Assembly: GCA_964619955.1 (NCBI GenBank)
Contig: CAZUJF010000027.1
Span: forward strand, 1,134-65,133
Reading direction: 5' to 3'
Length of the DNA: 64,000 nucleotides
Source: an uncultured Planctomycetales bacterium
GTDB taxonomy: Bacteria > Planctomycetota > MHYJ01 > JACPRB01
Below, one piece after another: positions 1 through 9,821 of the stretch. The position numbers were made by a program, and so were the translations under genes. Each line of letters begins with the position of its first letter. The stretch's first letter is position 1. The notes beneath the pieces were generated by a model. The model worked only from the letters and a program-made list of their open reading frames with translations, searched no databases and was not told where the DNA came from.

Positions 1-2
1 GG

Positions 3-272
3 CGGGACGGGCTACCCTTCCCGACCGGCCGCGACGGCACGCCGAAGAACTTCGAGATCCTGGGCACGGCCCCGGCGATCTGGCACCCGGACGACTGCGA
101 ATGGTACGAGCGCTGGGAGAAGGGCCGCCAGGGCAACGCGGTGCTCGGCAGCTACACCCGGGGCGGCACGGTGGTCAGCACGGGCACGACGGACTGGTCG
201 CATGGCCTGCGCGGCAACGATCCGGCGGTCGTCCGCATCACGCGCAACATCCTCGAGAAACTGGGGCGCTGA
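3..272 (+). CDS. 3' end of a gene truncated by the window edge; resembles the N,N-dimethylformamidase beta-subunit family C-terminus
   Basis: My translation of the frame starting at base 3: ...GTPKNFEILGTAPA...GSYTRGGTVVSTGTTDWSHGLRGNDPAVVRITRNILEKLGR, stop TGA 270-272. Family call is from memory of the GTV..GTTDW...L...D..V..ITRN.L motif. Confidence 0.5.
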   Translation, partial: RDGLPFPTGRDGTPKNFEILGTAPAIWHPDDCEWYERWEKGRQGNAVLGSYTRGGTVVSTGTTDWSHGLRGNDPAVVRITRNILEKLGR

Positions 273-276
273 CGGC

Positions 277-1116
277 TCATCCGCCCGCGCGGGTCAGCCC
301 TTCGGTCGCGATCTCCCGGACGTAGGCCTCGGAGGCGTCTTCGCGCGTCTCCTTGAGGTGCCGGTAGATCTTCGCGGATTCCGCCTTCTTGCCCGCCGCC
401 AGAAGCCTCTCTGCAAGCAGCAGCGCGCTCGACGTTGCCTTGATGCGCTCGTAGCCGGGTTCGGCCCCCGCCGCCTTCAGGATGAGCTCCACTGAAGTAG
501 CATCCCCGATCCGCGCGAGCCCCCAGGCCGCGGCGAGGCGGGTGTCGCGATCCGCATCCGCGACGGCCTCCCGCAGCATCCCCGCTGAGTCCACGTCGGC
601 CAGGACACCCAGGGCCTGAATCACGGTCAGTCGTTGACCCGCCTTCAGGTCGGGCAGCGCCTTGCGGAATTCCGCCGCGGCGCCGTCCCGAATCGAGAGC
701 AGGGCTTGAGTGGCATACTCGCAGAGTTCGGCGTCCGCGAGCAGCTTCCCCAGGGCCGGGACCGCGCTCTTGTCGCCGATCACCTGAAGCTGCCGGGCCA
801 GATACCCGACGGCGCTCTTGGAGCGCTCGGCACCCAGCTGCGAGGCCAAGGCCTCCACGAAGAGCGTCCGGCCCGCCTCCTTCCCCGGCCGTCCCAGGTA
901 CTGCGCCAGGGCGTGCAGCAGGTAGCGCGCCTTGTAGTCCGCGCCGTCGTCGACGTCCTTCAGGAGCGCGACGACCCCGATCAGACTCTCCCGGCCCCCG
1001 GCCAGCAGGCCGTCGAGCACGGGAATGATTTCCTCCCACGCGGGACCCGTGAAGGTGCCCCGCTTGTCGAGGGGCGGGACCCGGTCCACCAGTTCGGCCA
1101 GTTTGTCCTGTCTCAT
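277..1116 (-). CDS. HEAT-repeat (PBS lyase-like) protein
   Basis: Repeated helical units (AVPALGKLL, YATQALLSI, VIQALGVL, TRLAAAWGLARIG); directly downstream of two Gfo/Idh/MocA genes. Confidence 0.75.
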   Translation of the reverse strand: MRQDKLAELVDRVPPLDKRGTFTGPAWEEIIPVLDGLLAGGRESLIGVVALLKDVDDGADYKARYLLHALAQYLGRPGKEAGRTLFVEALASQLGAERSKSAVGYLARQLQVIGDKSAVPALGKLLADAELCEYATQALLSIRDGAAAEFRKALPDLKAGQRLTVIQALGVLADVDSAGMLREAVADADRDTRLAAAWGLARIGDATSVELILKAAGAEPGYERIKATSSALLLAERLLAAGKKAESAKIYRHLKETREDASEAYVREIATEGLTRAGG

Positions 1117-1126
1117 GATCGATCCC

Positions 1127-2350
1127 TTACAGATGCCACGGGGCGCGCATCGGCGGATTCACATAGCGGTTGGCGAGTTCGTCGCCGATGTACTCCTCCT
1201 TCACCGGGTCGTAGCGCAGCTTCCGTCCGGTGCGGATCGCGGTGTTCGCCAGGTGCAGCAGCGTCGCGCAGCGGTGCGCTGCCTCGGCGTTGCCCCCTGG
1301 CTGCTTCCGCGTCTTCACCGCCTCGGCGAAGGTCACCAGCGGCTCGGGATCCGGCAGCGCCTGAATTTTCGTTCGGGTCTCCTCGTCCAGGCCCGCCAGC
1401 GACACGCCCTTCGATGCCTTTCGGTCGTATTTGTTGCCCCACTCGCCGCTCTCCAGCACGAGCGTGAAGCCGTCCGCGTACTTCATCTCGATCCAGCCCC
1501 ACATTCCGCAGACTTCCGGATGCGCGGGAGGCGCGTAGGCCTCGATCTCCACGGGACTCGTGTCGTCCTTGCCGTAGATCCACTGGTAGGGGTCGAGCGT
1601 GTGCTGGGCCATATCGGCCAGCCCGCCGCCCTCATAGTCCCAGTAGCCGCGGTGCGTGCCGCCGTGCCGCGGCGGCACGTAAGGTTTCATCGGCGACGCT
1701 CCGACGTAGAGGTTCCAGTCGAGGTTCGCCGGCGCCGTCTGGGGCGCCACGTTGACGCGCCCGCTCCACTCCTTGACCTTGAGGCCGCCGCTCTTCACGT
1801 AGACGCCCGGGTTGTCCTTCACGAGCCCGCTGCGCATGATCTTGTGCGTCTCGATGTTCTTCTTGTCCCGGCTCGCGCCGAAACGCCCGAACGTGCCGAT
1901 CTGGAAGATGCGCTTGTAGCGTTTGAACGCATCCGCCACGGCGCGCCCTTCCGCGATGAAGCGCGTCATGGGCTTCTCGCAGAGCACGTCCTTGCCCGCC
2001 TCGGCGGCGGCGATCGAGATGATCGAATGCCAGTGCGGCGGCGTGCCGATCGCGATGAGATCGATGTCCTTCCGCTCCAGGACCCGGCGGAAATCCGTGT
2101 AGAACGTCTTGTTGTCCGCCTTGTCCCCGAACTTGACGTCGCACTGCGCGCGCAGCTCGACGTTGAGGTCCTTGCACATCTCCTTGTAGGTGCTCGGACC
2201 GCGCCCGCCGCAACCGATGAGCGCGCCGCCGAAGACCTCGCTCGGGGGCGTGTGCCGCGGGCCGCCCAGCACATGGGGCGGGACGATCGTGAAGAGGCCC
2301 GCGGACGCCGCGGAGCCTTTGAGGAAGGAGCGCCGGCTGATGTTGGCCAT
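1127..2350 (-). CDS. Tat-exported Gfo/Idh/MocA family oxidoreductase
   Basis: SRRSFLK Tat motif; IGCGGRG Rossmann motif; GTPPHWH and CEKP motifs. Confidence 0.9.
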   Translation of the reverse strand: MANISRRSFLKGSAASAGLFTIVPPHVLGGPRHTPPSEVFGGALIGCGGRGPSTYKEMCKDLNVELRAQCDVKFGDKADNKTFYTDFRRVLERKDIDLIAIGTPPHWHSIISIAAAEAGKDVLCEKPMTRFIAEGRAVADAFKRYKRIFQIGTFGRFGASRDKKNIETHKIMRSGLVKDNPGVYVKSGGLKVKEWSGRVNVAPQTAPANLDWNLYVGASPMKPYVPPRHGGTHRGYWDYEGGGLADMAQHTLDPYQWIYGKDDTSPVEIEAYAPPAHPEVCGMWGWIEMKYADGFTLVLESGEWGNKYDRKASKGVSLAGLDEETRTKIQALPDPEPLVTFAEAVKTRKQPGGNAEAAHRCATLLHLANTAIRTGRKLRYDPVKEEYIGDELANRYVNPPMRAPWHL

Positions 2351-2363
2351 CCGTCAAGCCCCC

Positions 2364-3920
2364 TTAAAGTCCCGGGACTTCCCAGCCCTTGCGATACGTG
2401 CGCCGCAACAGCGCGGCGGCCTCCGGCGAGCCTTCGAGCTTCATCTCGGCGGCGTTCCAGGTCAGCTTCTTGCCCGGCACCCGGTTGGCGATCACGCCGA
2501 GCAGGACGAATTCCGTGAGCGGGCCCGAATAATCGAAGTTCGCCGACGGCGTCCCCTTCCCCAGGCAGGCGTCCACCCACTGGTGCCAGTGGCTGGCCCC
2601 CTCGGCCTGGGGCAAAACGTAGTCCTTGAACTTGTCGGCGGGCAGCAGCTGCGGACGCGCGACGTGCGGGAGCAGCATGAAACCCTTCTCGCCGATGAAC
2701 ATCGACCCCTGGTCGGGGATCTTGTCCACGGGCCACCCCTTGAGATCCGGCATCGCGTCGCCGTCGTACCAGGTCAGCGGGAGAGGATCGACCGTGTACT
2801 TCGTCCCCGGGAACGTGTAACGGACCTTGTTCTTGGTGGCGAACGATTCCGGCGGCGGCACGTCGCTCTCCGACAGGATCGTCAGCGGCTGCGTCAGCGC
2901 CAGCGCGCCCGCGATGGGGTCGAGGATGTGGATCGACATGTCGCCCATGGTCCCGCAGCCGAAGTCCGTCCATTTGCGCCAGTTGCCCGGGTGGTAGAGG
3001 CCCCTTTTGTACGGGCGCTCGGGCGCCGTGCCCAGCCAGAGATCCCAGTCGATGTTCGCCGGGACCGGGTCCGAGCCTTCGGGACGCGCCCCGTCGAAGC
3101 CCCACTTCTTGTTGCTCCAGCTGTGGACTTCCGTCACCTTGCCGATGGCGCCGTCCTGGATGACCTTGACGGCCAGCCGGTACTCCTTCCCGGAGTGCAC
3201 CTGGATGCCCATCTGGGTCATGAGCTTCTTCGAACGCGCCGTCTCGGCCAGCTTCCGCGCCTCGTAGACGTCGTGCGTCAGCGGCTTCTGGCAGTAGACG
3301 TGTTTGCCCGCGTTCAGCGCCGACATCGCCGCCGCGGCGTGCATGTGGTCGGGGGTGCCGACGTTGACGATGTCGATCTCCCCGGCGATCTCCGAGAACA
3401 TCTTGCGATAGTCCCGGTACAGCTTCGCTCCGGGGTATTTCTTTCCGGCGCTTTCGAGGTTCTTGAGGTCCACGTCGCAGAGCGCGACGACCTGGACGGC
3501 GGGATGGCCGGCGAGGTTGCCCAGGTCCGCCCCGCCCATGCCGCCGCAGCCGATGGTGGCCAGGCGGAGTTTCTTCCCGGCTTCCTGGCGGGCGAAGGCC
3601 CGCGGGCCGACGTTGACGATGTCGATCTCCCCGGCGATCTCCGAGAACATCTTGCGATAGTCCCGGTACAGCTTCGCTCCGGGGTATTTCTTTCCGGCGC
3701 TTTCGAGGTTCTTGAGGTCCACGTCGCAGAGCGCGACGACCTGGACGGCGGGATGGCCGGCGAGGTTGCCCAGGTCCGCCCCGCCCATGCCGCCGCAGCC
3801 GATGGTGGCCAGGCGGAGTTTCTTCCCGGCTTCCTGGCGGGCGAAGGCCCGCGGGCCGAGCAGGAGGGAGCCGGCGGCGGCGCCCGTGCCCGCCAGGAAG
3901 CCTCTGCGGCTGATCGTCAT
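2364..3920 (-). CDS. Tat-exported Gfo/Idh/MocA family oxidoreductase carrying an in-frame 83-aa internal duplication
   Basis: Start MTISRRGFL (ATG 3920, GAGAGG upstream); IGCGGMG, GTPDHMH and CQKP motifs; N-terminal domain segment present twice. Confidence 0.9.
   Translation of the reverse strand: MTISRRGFLAGTGAAAGSLLLGPRAFARQEAGKKLRLATIGCGGMGGADLGNLAGHPAVQVVALCDVDLKNLESAGKKYPGAKLYRDYRKMFSEIAGEIDIVNVGPRAFARQEAGKKLRLATIGCGGMGGADLGNLAGHPAVQVVALCDVDLKNLESAGKKYPGAKLYRDYRKMFSEIAGEIDIVNVGTPDHMHAAAAMSALNAGKHVYCQKPLTHDVYEARKLAETARSKKLMTQMGIQVHSGKEYRLAVKVIQDGAIGKVTEVHSWSNKKWGFDGARPEGSDPVPANIDWDLWLGTAPERPYKRGLYHPGNWRKWTDFGCGTMGDMSIHILDPIAGALALTQPLTILSESDVPPPESFATKNKVRYTFPGTKYTVDPLPLTWYDGDAMPDLKGWPVDKIPDQGSMFIGEKGFMLLPHVARPQLLPADKFKDYVLPQAEGASHWHQWVDACLGKGTPSANFDYSGPLTEFVLLGVIANRVPGKKLTWNAAEMKLEGSPEAAALLRRTYRKGWEVPGL
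3357..3859. repeat. Exact tandem duplication, 249-bp period, with 5-bp GCCGA microhomology at the junctions
   Basis: Identical units start at 3357 and 3606; GCCGA at 3357-3361, 3606-3610 and 3855-3859. Confidence 0.95.
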
Positions 3921-4021
3921 CGTGGTCAAGCCTCTCAAAAGGGACGCCTATAAGACACTCGGGGGGGCACCGGAGTCTCGAAATCCCGCACGAGAGCGAC
4001 CCCTCCGTCTCCTCGCGCCCT

Positions 4022-4050
4022 TTGACCATTTCCGCCCGGGAAAGTAGGAT
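4022..4050 (+). promoter_or_regulatory. Putative sigma70 promoter for thrC-hom-lysC
   Basis: TTGACC(4022-27)-17 bp-TAGGAT(4045-50); ATG at 4062. Confidence 0.6.
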
Positions 4051-4061
4051 GGGCGGCTCTT

Positions 4062-5240
4062 ATGGACCTCCGCTGCACCGCCTGCGGGGCCCGGTTCAAG
4101 CCCGAGCCCACCCTGTACTCCTGCCGCGCCTGCAACGACCCGCTTGAAGCCGTCTATGACGACGCGGAGTTCGCCCGTGCCGTCTCCTTCGAGGGCCAGG
4201 GCGTCTGGCGCTACCAGCCGCTGCTGCCCTTCCCCCGTGCGGTGACGCTCGGCGAAGGCGCCACGGGGCTGCATGCCTGCGAGCGCGTGGGCAAGGAGCT
4301 CGGCATCTCCCGGCTCTTCGTCAAGAACGAAGGCGAGAACCCGACGGGCTCGTTCAAGGACCGCGGCATGACGGTCGGCCTCGCCGCCGCCAAAGCCGCC
4401 GGCGCGCGCGCGGTGGGCTGCGCCTCGACGGGCAACACCTCCGCCTCCATGGCCGCCTACGCCGCCCGCGCGGGACTGAAGGCGCTGGTCCTGCTCCCCG
4501 CCGGCAAGGTCGCCCTCGGAAAACTCAGCCAGGCCATCGCCCACGGCGCCCGCATCGCGCAGGTCGAGGGCAACTTCGACGACGCCATGCGCCTCATCGT
4601 CGAACTCTCCGTGAAGGAACAGGCCGTCTACCTGCTCAACTCCCTGAACCCGTACCGCCTCGAGGGGCAGAAGACGCTCGCGTTCGAGGTCTGCGAGGCC
4701 CTCGGGAAGGCGCCGGACGTGCTCGTGCTCCCCATGGGCAACGCGGGCAACATCAGCGCGATCTGGAAGGGCTTCCTCGAATGGAAGCGCCTGGGCCGCA
4801 TCCAGAAGCTGCCCCGCATGATCGGCGTGCAGGCCGAGAAGGCCTCGCCGCTCGCCCGGGCCTGGCGCGACAAGACCGAGTACCGGCCCCAGGCCGACCC
4901 CGAGACCCTCGCGACCGCGATCCGCATCGGCTCGCCCGTGAACTGGCGCAAGGCGATGGCCGCGCTCAAGGACTCCGGCGGCGACGCCGGGACCGTCACG
5001 GACGACGAGATCCTCTCCGCCCAGCAGTACCTCGCCCGGACCGAGGGGCTCTTCGTCGAGCCCGCGAGCGCGGTCCCCATCGCCTGGCTGCGCAAGCAGC
5101 GCCTCGCGGACGCGGAGACGGTGGTCTGCGTCACGACCGGTCACGGGCTCAAGGATCCCGACGCGCTCTCGAAAGCGCCCGTGATCATGCAGCAGGTCAA
5201 GCCCACGCTCGACGCCCTGAGAAAGGTCCTCGAGGCATGA
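4062..5240 (+). CDS. thrC: Threonine synthase (PLP-dependent) with N-terminal Zn-ribbon
   Basis: NPTGSFKDRG PLP-lysine motif; ASTGNT; PMGNAGN; EPASA; N-terminal CxxC...CxxC. Confidence 0.93.
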   Translation: MDLRCTACGARFKPEPTLYSCRACNDPLEAVYDDAEFARAVSFEGQGVWRYQPLLPFPRAVTLGEGATGLHACERVGKELGISRLFVKNEGENPTGSFKDRGMTVGLAAAKAAGARAVGCASTGNTSASMAAYAARAGLKALVLLPAGKVALGKLSQAIAHGARIAQVEGNFDDAMRLIVELSVKEQAVYLLNSLNPYRLEGQKTLAFEVCEALGKAPDVLVLPMGNAGNISAIWKGFLEWKRLGRIQKLPRMIGVQAEKASPLARAWRDKTEYRPQADPETLATAIRIGSPVNWRKAMAALKDSGGDAGTVTDDEILSAQQYLARTEGLFVEPASAVPIAWLRKQRLADAETVVCVTTGHGLKDPDALSKAPVIMQQVKPTLDALRKVLEA

Positions 5241-6259
5241 AGATCCTGCTCGTCGGCTTCGGCGTCGTGGGACGCTCCACCCTGGAACTGTTCGAGGAGC
5301 AGCGTTCCAAGCTCTACTCCCGCCACGGCCTCTCCCCGCAGATCGTCGGCGTCATCGACTCGAAGGGCGCGGCGATCTCCCCGGCGGGCCTGGACGTGCG
5401 GACGCTGCTCGAGGCCAAGGACAAACACGGCTCGGTCGGCGCGTATCCCGCGCACGGCGTTCGCGGCGCGAAGGAGTCCGACCTCATCGCCGAAAGCGAG
5501 GCGCAGCTCGTCATCGAGGCGACGCCGACGACCGTGAAGACGCCGGGCCCCTCGCTCGAACGGCTGAAGGCCGCGTTTCGCACCGGCAAACACGTGATCT
5601 GCGTCAACAAGGCGCCGCTCGCGGTGGCCTTCCCCGCGCTGCAGGAGCTCAGCCGCCACAACCGCAGCCTGTTCCGCTACTCGGGGACGGTGGGCGGCGG
5701 GACGCCCGTGCTCGCCCTCGCGGAGGAGGTCGCCCGCGGCAGCGAGGTGACCGCCGTGCGCGCCATCCTCAACGGGACCACGAATTTCATCCTCACGCGC
5801 ATGGACAAGGACGGCTGGGACTTCGACACCGCGCTCAAGGAGGCCCAGCGCCTCGGCTACGCGGAGGCGGACCCCTCGTCCGACGTGGACGGCGTGGACA
5901 CCGCGACGAAGATCGTGATCCTCGCCAACGGCGTGCTCGGGCGTCCCTGCACGATCTCCGACGTGAGGATCGAGGGCATCCGCGGCGTCACCAAGGCCCG
6001 CGTGGACGCGGCGAAGAAGGCCAGCAAGGCGGTCAAGCTGATCGCGCGCATCGGCGAGGCGGGGCTGTCCGTCTCGCCCGAGGAGGTGGATGCCGACTCG
6101 CCGCTGAACGTCGGCGGCAGCCTCAACTGCCTCTCGCTCACCCTGAAGACCGGCGGCGACGTCTCGCTGACCGGGCGGGGCGCGGGCGGTCCGGAGACCG
6201 CGACCGCGGTGATGCGCGATCTCATCGACATCTGGCATTCCATCGGGAGCGCGCGATGA
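5237..6259 (+). CDS. hom: Homoserine dehydrogenase (no C-terminal ACT domain)
   Basis: ATG 5237 overlaps thrC stop (ATGA); GFGVVG, NKAPLA, TVGGGTP, LNGTTNFIL, GYAEADP, GAGGPETA. Confidence 0.92.
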   Translation: MKILLVGFGVVGRSTLELFEEQRSKLYSRHGLSPQIVGVIDSKGAAISPAGLDVRTLLEAKDKHGSVGAYPAHGVRGAKESDLIAESEAQLVIEATPTTVKTPGPSLERLKAAFRTGKHVICVNKAPLAVAFPALQELSRHNRSLFRYSGTVGGGTPVLALAEEVARGSEVTAVRAILNGTTNFILTRMDKDGWDFDTALKEAQRLGYAEADPSSDVDGVDTATKIVILANGVLGRPCTISDVRIEGIRGVTKARVDAAKKASKAVKLIARIGEAGLSVSPEEVDADSPLNVGGSLNCLSLTLKTGGDVSLTGRGAGGPETATAVMRDLIDIWHSIGSAR

Positions 6260-7635
6260 AACTCGTCATGAAATTCGGCGGCAGCTCGGTGGCGGACGCG
6301 GCCCGCATGCGCCGCTGCGCGACGCTGGTGAAGGAACGCACGCCGCAGGACCGCGTCGTCGTCGTCGTCTCCGCCCTCGACGGCATGACGGAGGAGCTGC
6401 TCGCCCTGGCGGAGGCGGCGGGGACCTCCAACGCCCCGGCGATGAAGGCGCGCCTCGACGAGCTCCGCACGCGGCACCAGGCCGCCGCGAAGGAGCTGGG
6501 CAAACCCGCCCTGCTCGACGGGCTGCTCGAACAGCTGGACCGCCTGGCCCTGGGCATCTCGATGGTCGGGGAGCTGACGCCGCGGTCCCGCGACGCGGTG
6601 GTCTCCTTCGGCGAACGGCTGTCCGCGCCGCTCTTCTCCCGCGCCCTCGAGCTGGAGGGCCTGAAATCCCGCGCCTGGACGGGCCAGGAGATCGGGCTCG
6701 TCACGGACGAGCGCTTCGGCGAGGCCGAGCCGCTGATGGAGCTCTCGCTCTACCAGATCGCCGGCGCGCTCAAGGCTCCGCTCGAGGCGGGCGAGGTCGC
6801 CGTCGTCACGGGCTTCATCGCCGCCACGCAGCACGGGGTCGTCACCACGATCGGCCGCGGCGGCAGCGACTACACGGCGACCATCGTCGGGGCGGCGCTC
6901 AAGGCCGACGAGGTCTGGATCTGGAGCGACGTGGACGGCCTGATGACGGCGGATCCGCGCATCGTGCCCGGGGCGCGCCTGCTGACGCAGATCCGCTTCA
7001 TCGAGGCGATCGAGATGGGGCTCTTCGGGGCCAAGTCCATGCATCCGCGCGCGCTGGAGCCGGCGGCGGACCGGAAGATCCCGGTCCGCATGAAGAACAC
7101 GTTCAATCCGCAGGGCCCGGGGACGCTGATCTCCGACGACGGCGGACGCCCGAACGAGATCATCCGGTCGGTGCTGCTCGTCAAGGACGCCGGCCTGATC
7201 AACATCCAGGGCGCCGCCATGATGGGGCGTCCCGGGACGGCCGCCAAGATCCTCTCCCTGCTCGCGCGCGAGCTGATCAACGTGCGCATGATCATCCTGT
7301 CGGTGTCCGAGGGCGGGATCTCCCTGGCGGTCAACGGCGCGCAGGCGGCGCAGTCCAAGGCGCTGCTCGAGGCGAACCTGCTGCGGACGGGCGACGCGCG
7401 CGAGATCCAGCTGATCGAGAAGGTGTCGATCGTCGCGGTGATCGGCAGCTACATGCGCGGCTATCCCGGCACGGCGGGGCGCGTCTTCACGGCGGCCGGC
7501 CGCGCAGGCGTGAACGTCATGGCCATCGCGCAGGGCTCGTCGGAGCTCTCGATCTCCTTCATCGTCAAGGGCGAGCAGGGGCCGGACGCGGTCCGGGTGC
7601 TCCACGAGGAGTTCCTCGGGACGAAGGCGGTTTAG
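6256..7635 (+). CDS. lysC: Aspartate kinase with ACT domains
   Basis: MKFGGSSV; GRGGSDYTA; DVDGLMTADP; two ACT-like C-terminal repeats. Confidence 0.93.
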   Translation: MKLVMKFGGSSVADAARMRRCATLVKERTPQDRVVVVVSALDGMTEELLALAEAAGTSNAPAMKARLDELRTRHQAAAKELGKPALLDGLLEQLDRLALGISMVGELTPRSRDAVVSFGERLSAPLFSRALELEGLKSRAWTGQEIGLVTDERFGEAEPLMELSLYQIAGALKAPLEAGEVAVVTGFIAATQHGVVTTIGRGGSDYTATIVGAALKADEVWIWSDVDGLMTADPRIVPGARLLTQIRFIEAIEMGLFGAKSMHPRALEPAADRKIPVRMKNTFNPQGPGTLISDDGGRPNEIIRSVLLVKDAGLINIQGAAMMGRPGTAAKILSLLARELINVRMIILSVSEGGISLAVNGAQAAQSKALLEANLLRTGDAREIQLIEKVSIVAVIGSYMRGYPGTAGRVFTAAGRAGVNVMAIAQGSSELSISFIVKGEQGPDAVRVLHEEFLGTKAV

Positions 7636-8585
7636 CGCGGCAGGGGGCGGAATTCGAGCGTGACCGGGCGCCCGGCGCGCTCCACGGTGATCTTCATGCC
7701 CTGCTGGCTCTTCATCGCGGGGTTGTTCAGCATCGTGCGCACGTCCGCGACGTTGCTGAGCGGCTGTCCATTGACTTCCCGGATCACGTCCCCCGCGGCC
7801 AGGCCCCGCGCCGCGCCGATCGAGCCGGAATTGACGTTCTCGATGCGGAGGCCTCCGCCCGCGTACGGCGAGACCCGGAAGTCCTGGTCCAGGACCCGCT
7901 CCGAATTCTGCATCGCCCAGTCCAGTTCGTCGGGATCGATGCCCCAGACCTGGCGGCCGTCGCTCGACGACAGCAGGCGGCTCTTGAAGTTTTCGCTCGT
8001 GTAGGCCTGGCCGAGGCGGTTGGGCTTCGTGCCGAGCGGGGTGCGCAGGGGTCCCCCGGGCCCGGGCTCCGCGCCCGCCGGCGGAGGGGTGACCGCCTGG
8101 TCGATGACCAGTTCCTCGCGCCGTCCGTCCTTCGTGGCGAAGACCGCGCGGTCCCGGAACACGTCCTGGAGCAGCCAGCCCCGGAACTCGTCGAAGGTCT
8201 TGCCCTCCTGGAGGATCTCCTCGCCGACGTAGGCGACCAGGTCCAGGTTCCGGCTCGTGGAGCGGATGAAGGCGACGCCGCGGGCGGGCTCCTTCTCGCT
8301 GGGCAGCGTGCCTTTGAGCAGCGCCTTGAAGAGGGAGGGCGCCTTGACGCCGGACTCCACGGCCTTCTTTTCGAGGGGGTTCGGGAGCGATTTGAGGGCG
8401 CCGTCCCCCGAATCCTGCAGGCGGGCCGGCGCGCTGCGGGACGCCCCCTCCTCGGGCTGGAAATCCGCGAGGGATCCGCCCGGCGGGGCGAAGAGGAGGA
8501 ATTTCCAGGCGAAGACCGCGATGGCGGCCCCGAGGATCAGGTTGATCCCCCAGAGGCCGCGGTTCAGGGCCCGTACGTCGTTCAT
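7632..8585 (-). CDS. GspC-like membrane-anchored PDZ protein (type II secretion/type IV pilus associated)
   Basis: N-terminal TM; LKGTL...GVAFI HR-like domain; C-terminal PDZ (GLAAGDVIREVNG); next to a PilT-family ATPase. Confidence 0.6.
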   Translation of the reverse strand: MNDVRALNRGLWGINLILGAAIAVFAWKFLLFAPPGGSLADFQPEEGASRSAPARLQDSGDGALKSLPNPLEKKAVESGVKAPSLFKALLKGTLPSEKEPARGVAFIRSTSRNLDLVAYVGEEILQEGKTFDEFRGWLLQDVFRDRAVFATKDGRREELVIDQAVTPPPAGAEPGPGGPLRTPLGTKPNRLGQAYTSENFKSRLLSSSDGRQVWGIDPDELDWAMQNSERVLDQDFRVSPYAGGGLRIENVNSGSIGAARGLAAGDVIREVNGQPLSNVADVRTMLNNPAMKSQQGMKITVERAGRPVTLEFRPLPR

Positions 8586-8624
8586 GATCTCACCAATCCC
8601 GGTTCGCGCCGGGATCCCGCGGGA

Positions 8625-9749
8625 TCACCGGCGTCCGCCGCCCATGCCGCCCCCGCCGCCGACCCCGAAGTTGCGCTGCGCATCCTTCGAGATGCCCCGC
8701 AGCTCCAGCTTGAGCTCGTCGGGGCTGTCCGCGGCCGAGAGGGCGTCCTCCAGCGTGATCAGGTCGCGCTCCAGAAGCGACTTGAGCGACTGGTTGAACG
8801 TCATGCAGCCGTAATAACTGCCTTCTTTCAACGCCTTGTACAGCTCCCGGGTTTTCCCATGGAGCAAAAGTTCCTGGACGGTCGGGGTGGCGGCCATCAG
8901 CTCGATGGCGGGCATGCGCGCGGTGCCGTCCTTGGTGGGCAGCAGGCGCTGGGAGATCACGCCCTCCAGCAGGGTGGACATCTGCAGCTGAAGGAAGGCG
9001 TGGGAGCTCGGCGGGAAGAAATTGATGATGCGGTCCACCGTCTGCATCGCGTTGAGCGCGTGCAGCGTGGAGACGACGAGGTGGCCGGTCTCCGCCGCAT
9101 GGACCGCGGCCTCCATCGTCTCGATGTCGCGCATTTCGCCGATGAAAATCACGTCCGGCGACTGGCGGACCGCGTGCTTGAGCGCCGCGACGAAGGAGTC
9201 GGTGTCCTGCCCGATCTCGCGCTGGTCGATGACCGACTTCTTGTCCGTGAACGTGAACTCGATCGGATCCTCGACCGTGATGATGTGCTTCTCCTCGGTC
9301 TCGTTGATGTACTCCAGCATCGAGGCGATGGTCGTGGACTTGCCGGAGCCCGCGGTCCCCGTCACCAGGAGCAGGCCGCGGGGCAGCAGCGCCAGGCGCC
9401 GGAGCTGGTCGGCCGGCAGGCCCAGCTCCTCCATGCTCGGCACCTTCGCGCGGATGTGGCGGAACACCATGCCGATGTAGCCGCGCTGGCGGAAGATGTT
9501 GGCGCGGAAGCGGCCGACGCCGTAGATCTCGTACGAGACGTCGACCTCGCCCTTCTCTGCGAATTTCTTCTTCGCGAAGTCGTCGCAGACCTCGTTGAAG
9601 ACCTCGAGCATGTTCTCCTCGGTGAGCGGCTGGCCGCCCATCGAGACCACGCGTCCGATCACGCGCATGGCGGGGGGCACGCCCACCTTGAGGAAGAGGT
9701 CGGAGGCGTCCTCCTTGACCATGGCGGCGAAGATGCTGGCGACTTCCAT
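8625..9749 (-). CDS. PilT/PilU family type IV pilus retraction ATPase
   Basis: ASDLFL; GRFRANIF; Walker A GTAGSGKST; EDPIEF; PDVIFIGEMRD; GHLVVSTLH. The PilT AIRNLIRE motif is not conserved (TVQELLLH). Confidence 0.88.
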   Translation of the reverse strand: MEVASIFAAMVKEDASDLFLKVGVPPAMRVIGRVVSMGGQPLTEENMLEVFNEVCDDFAKKKFAEKGEVDVSYEIYGVGRFRANIFRQRGYIGMVFRHIRAKVPSMEELGLPADQLRRLALLPRGLLLVTGTAGSGKSTTIASMLEYINETEEKHIITVEDPIEFTFTDKKSVIDQREIGQDTDSFVAALKHAVRQSPDVIFIGEMRDIETMEAAVHAAETGHLVVSTLHALNAMQTVDRIINFFPPSSHAFLQLQMSTLLEGVISQRLLPTKDGTARMPAIELMAATPTVQELLLHGKTRELYKALKEGSYYGCMTFNQSLKSLLERDLITLEDALSAADSPDELKLELRGISKDAQRNFGVGGGGGMGGGRR

Positions 9750-9821
9750 GGGTGGATCTCCCGGTAGCGGCTGAGCGGGCGGCCCGTCGACGTCCGCGAA
9801 AGGGCGGACGCGGCACCGAAG

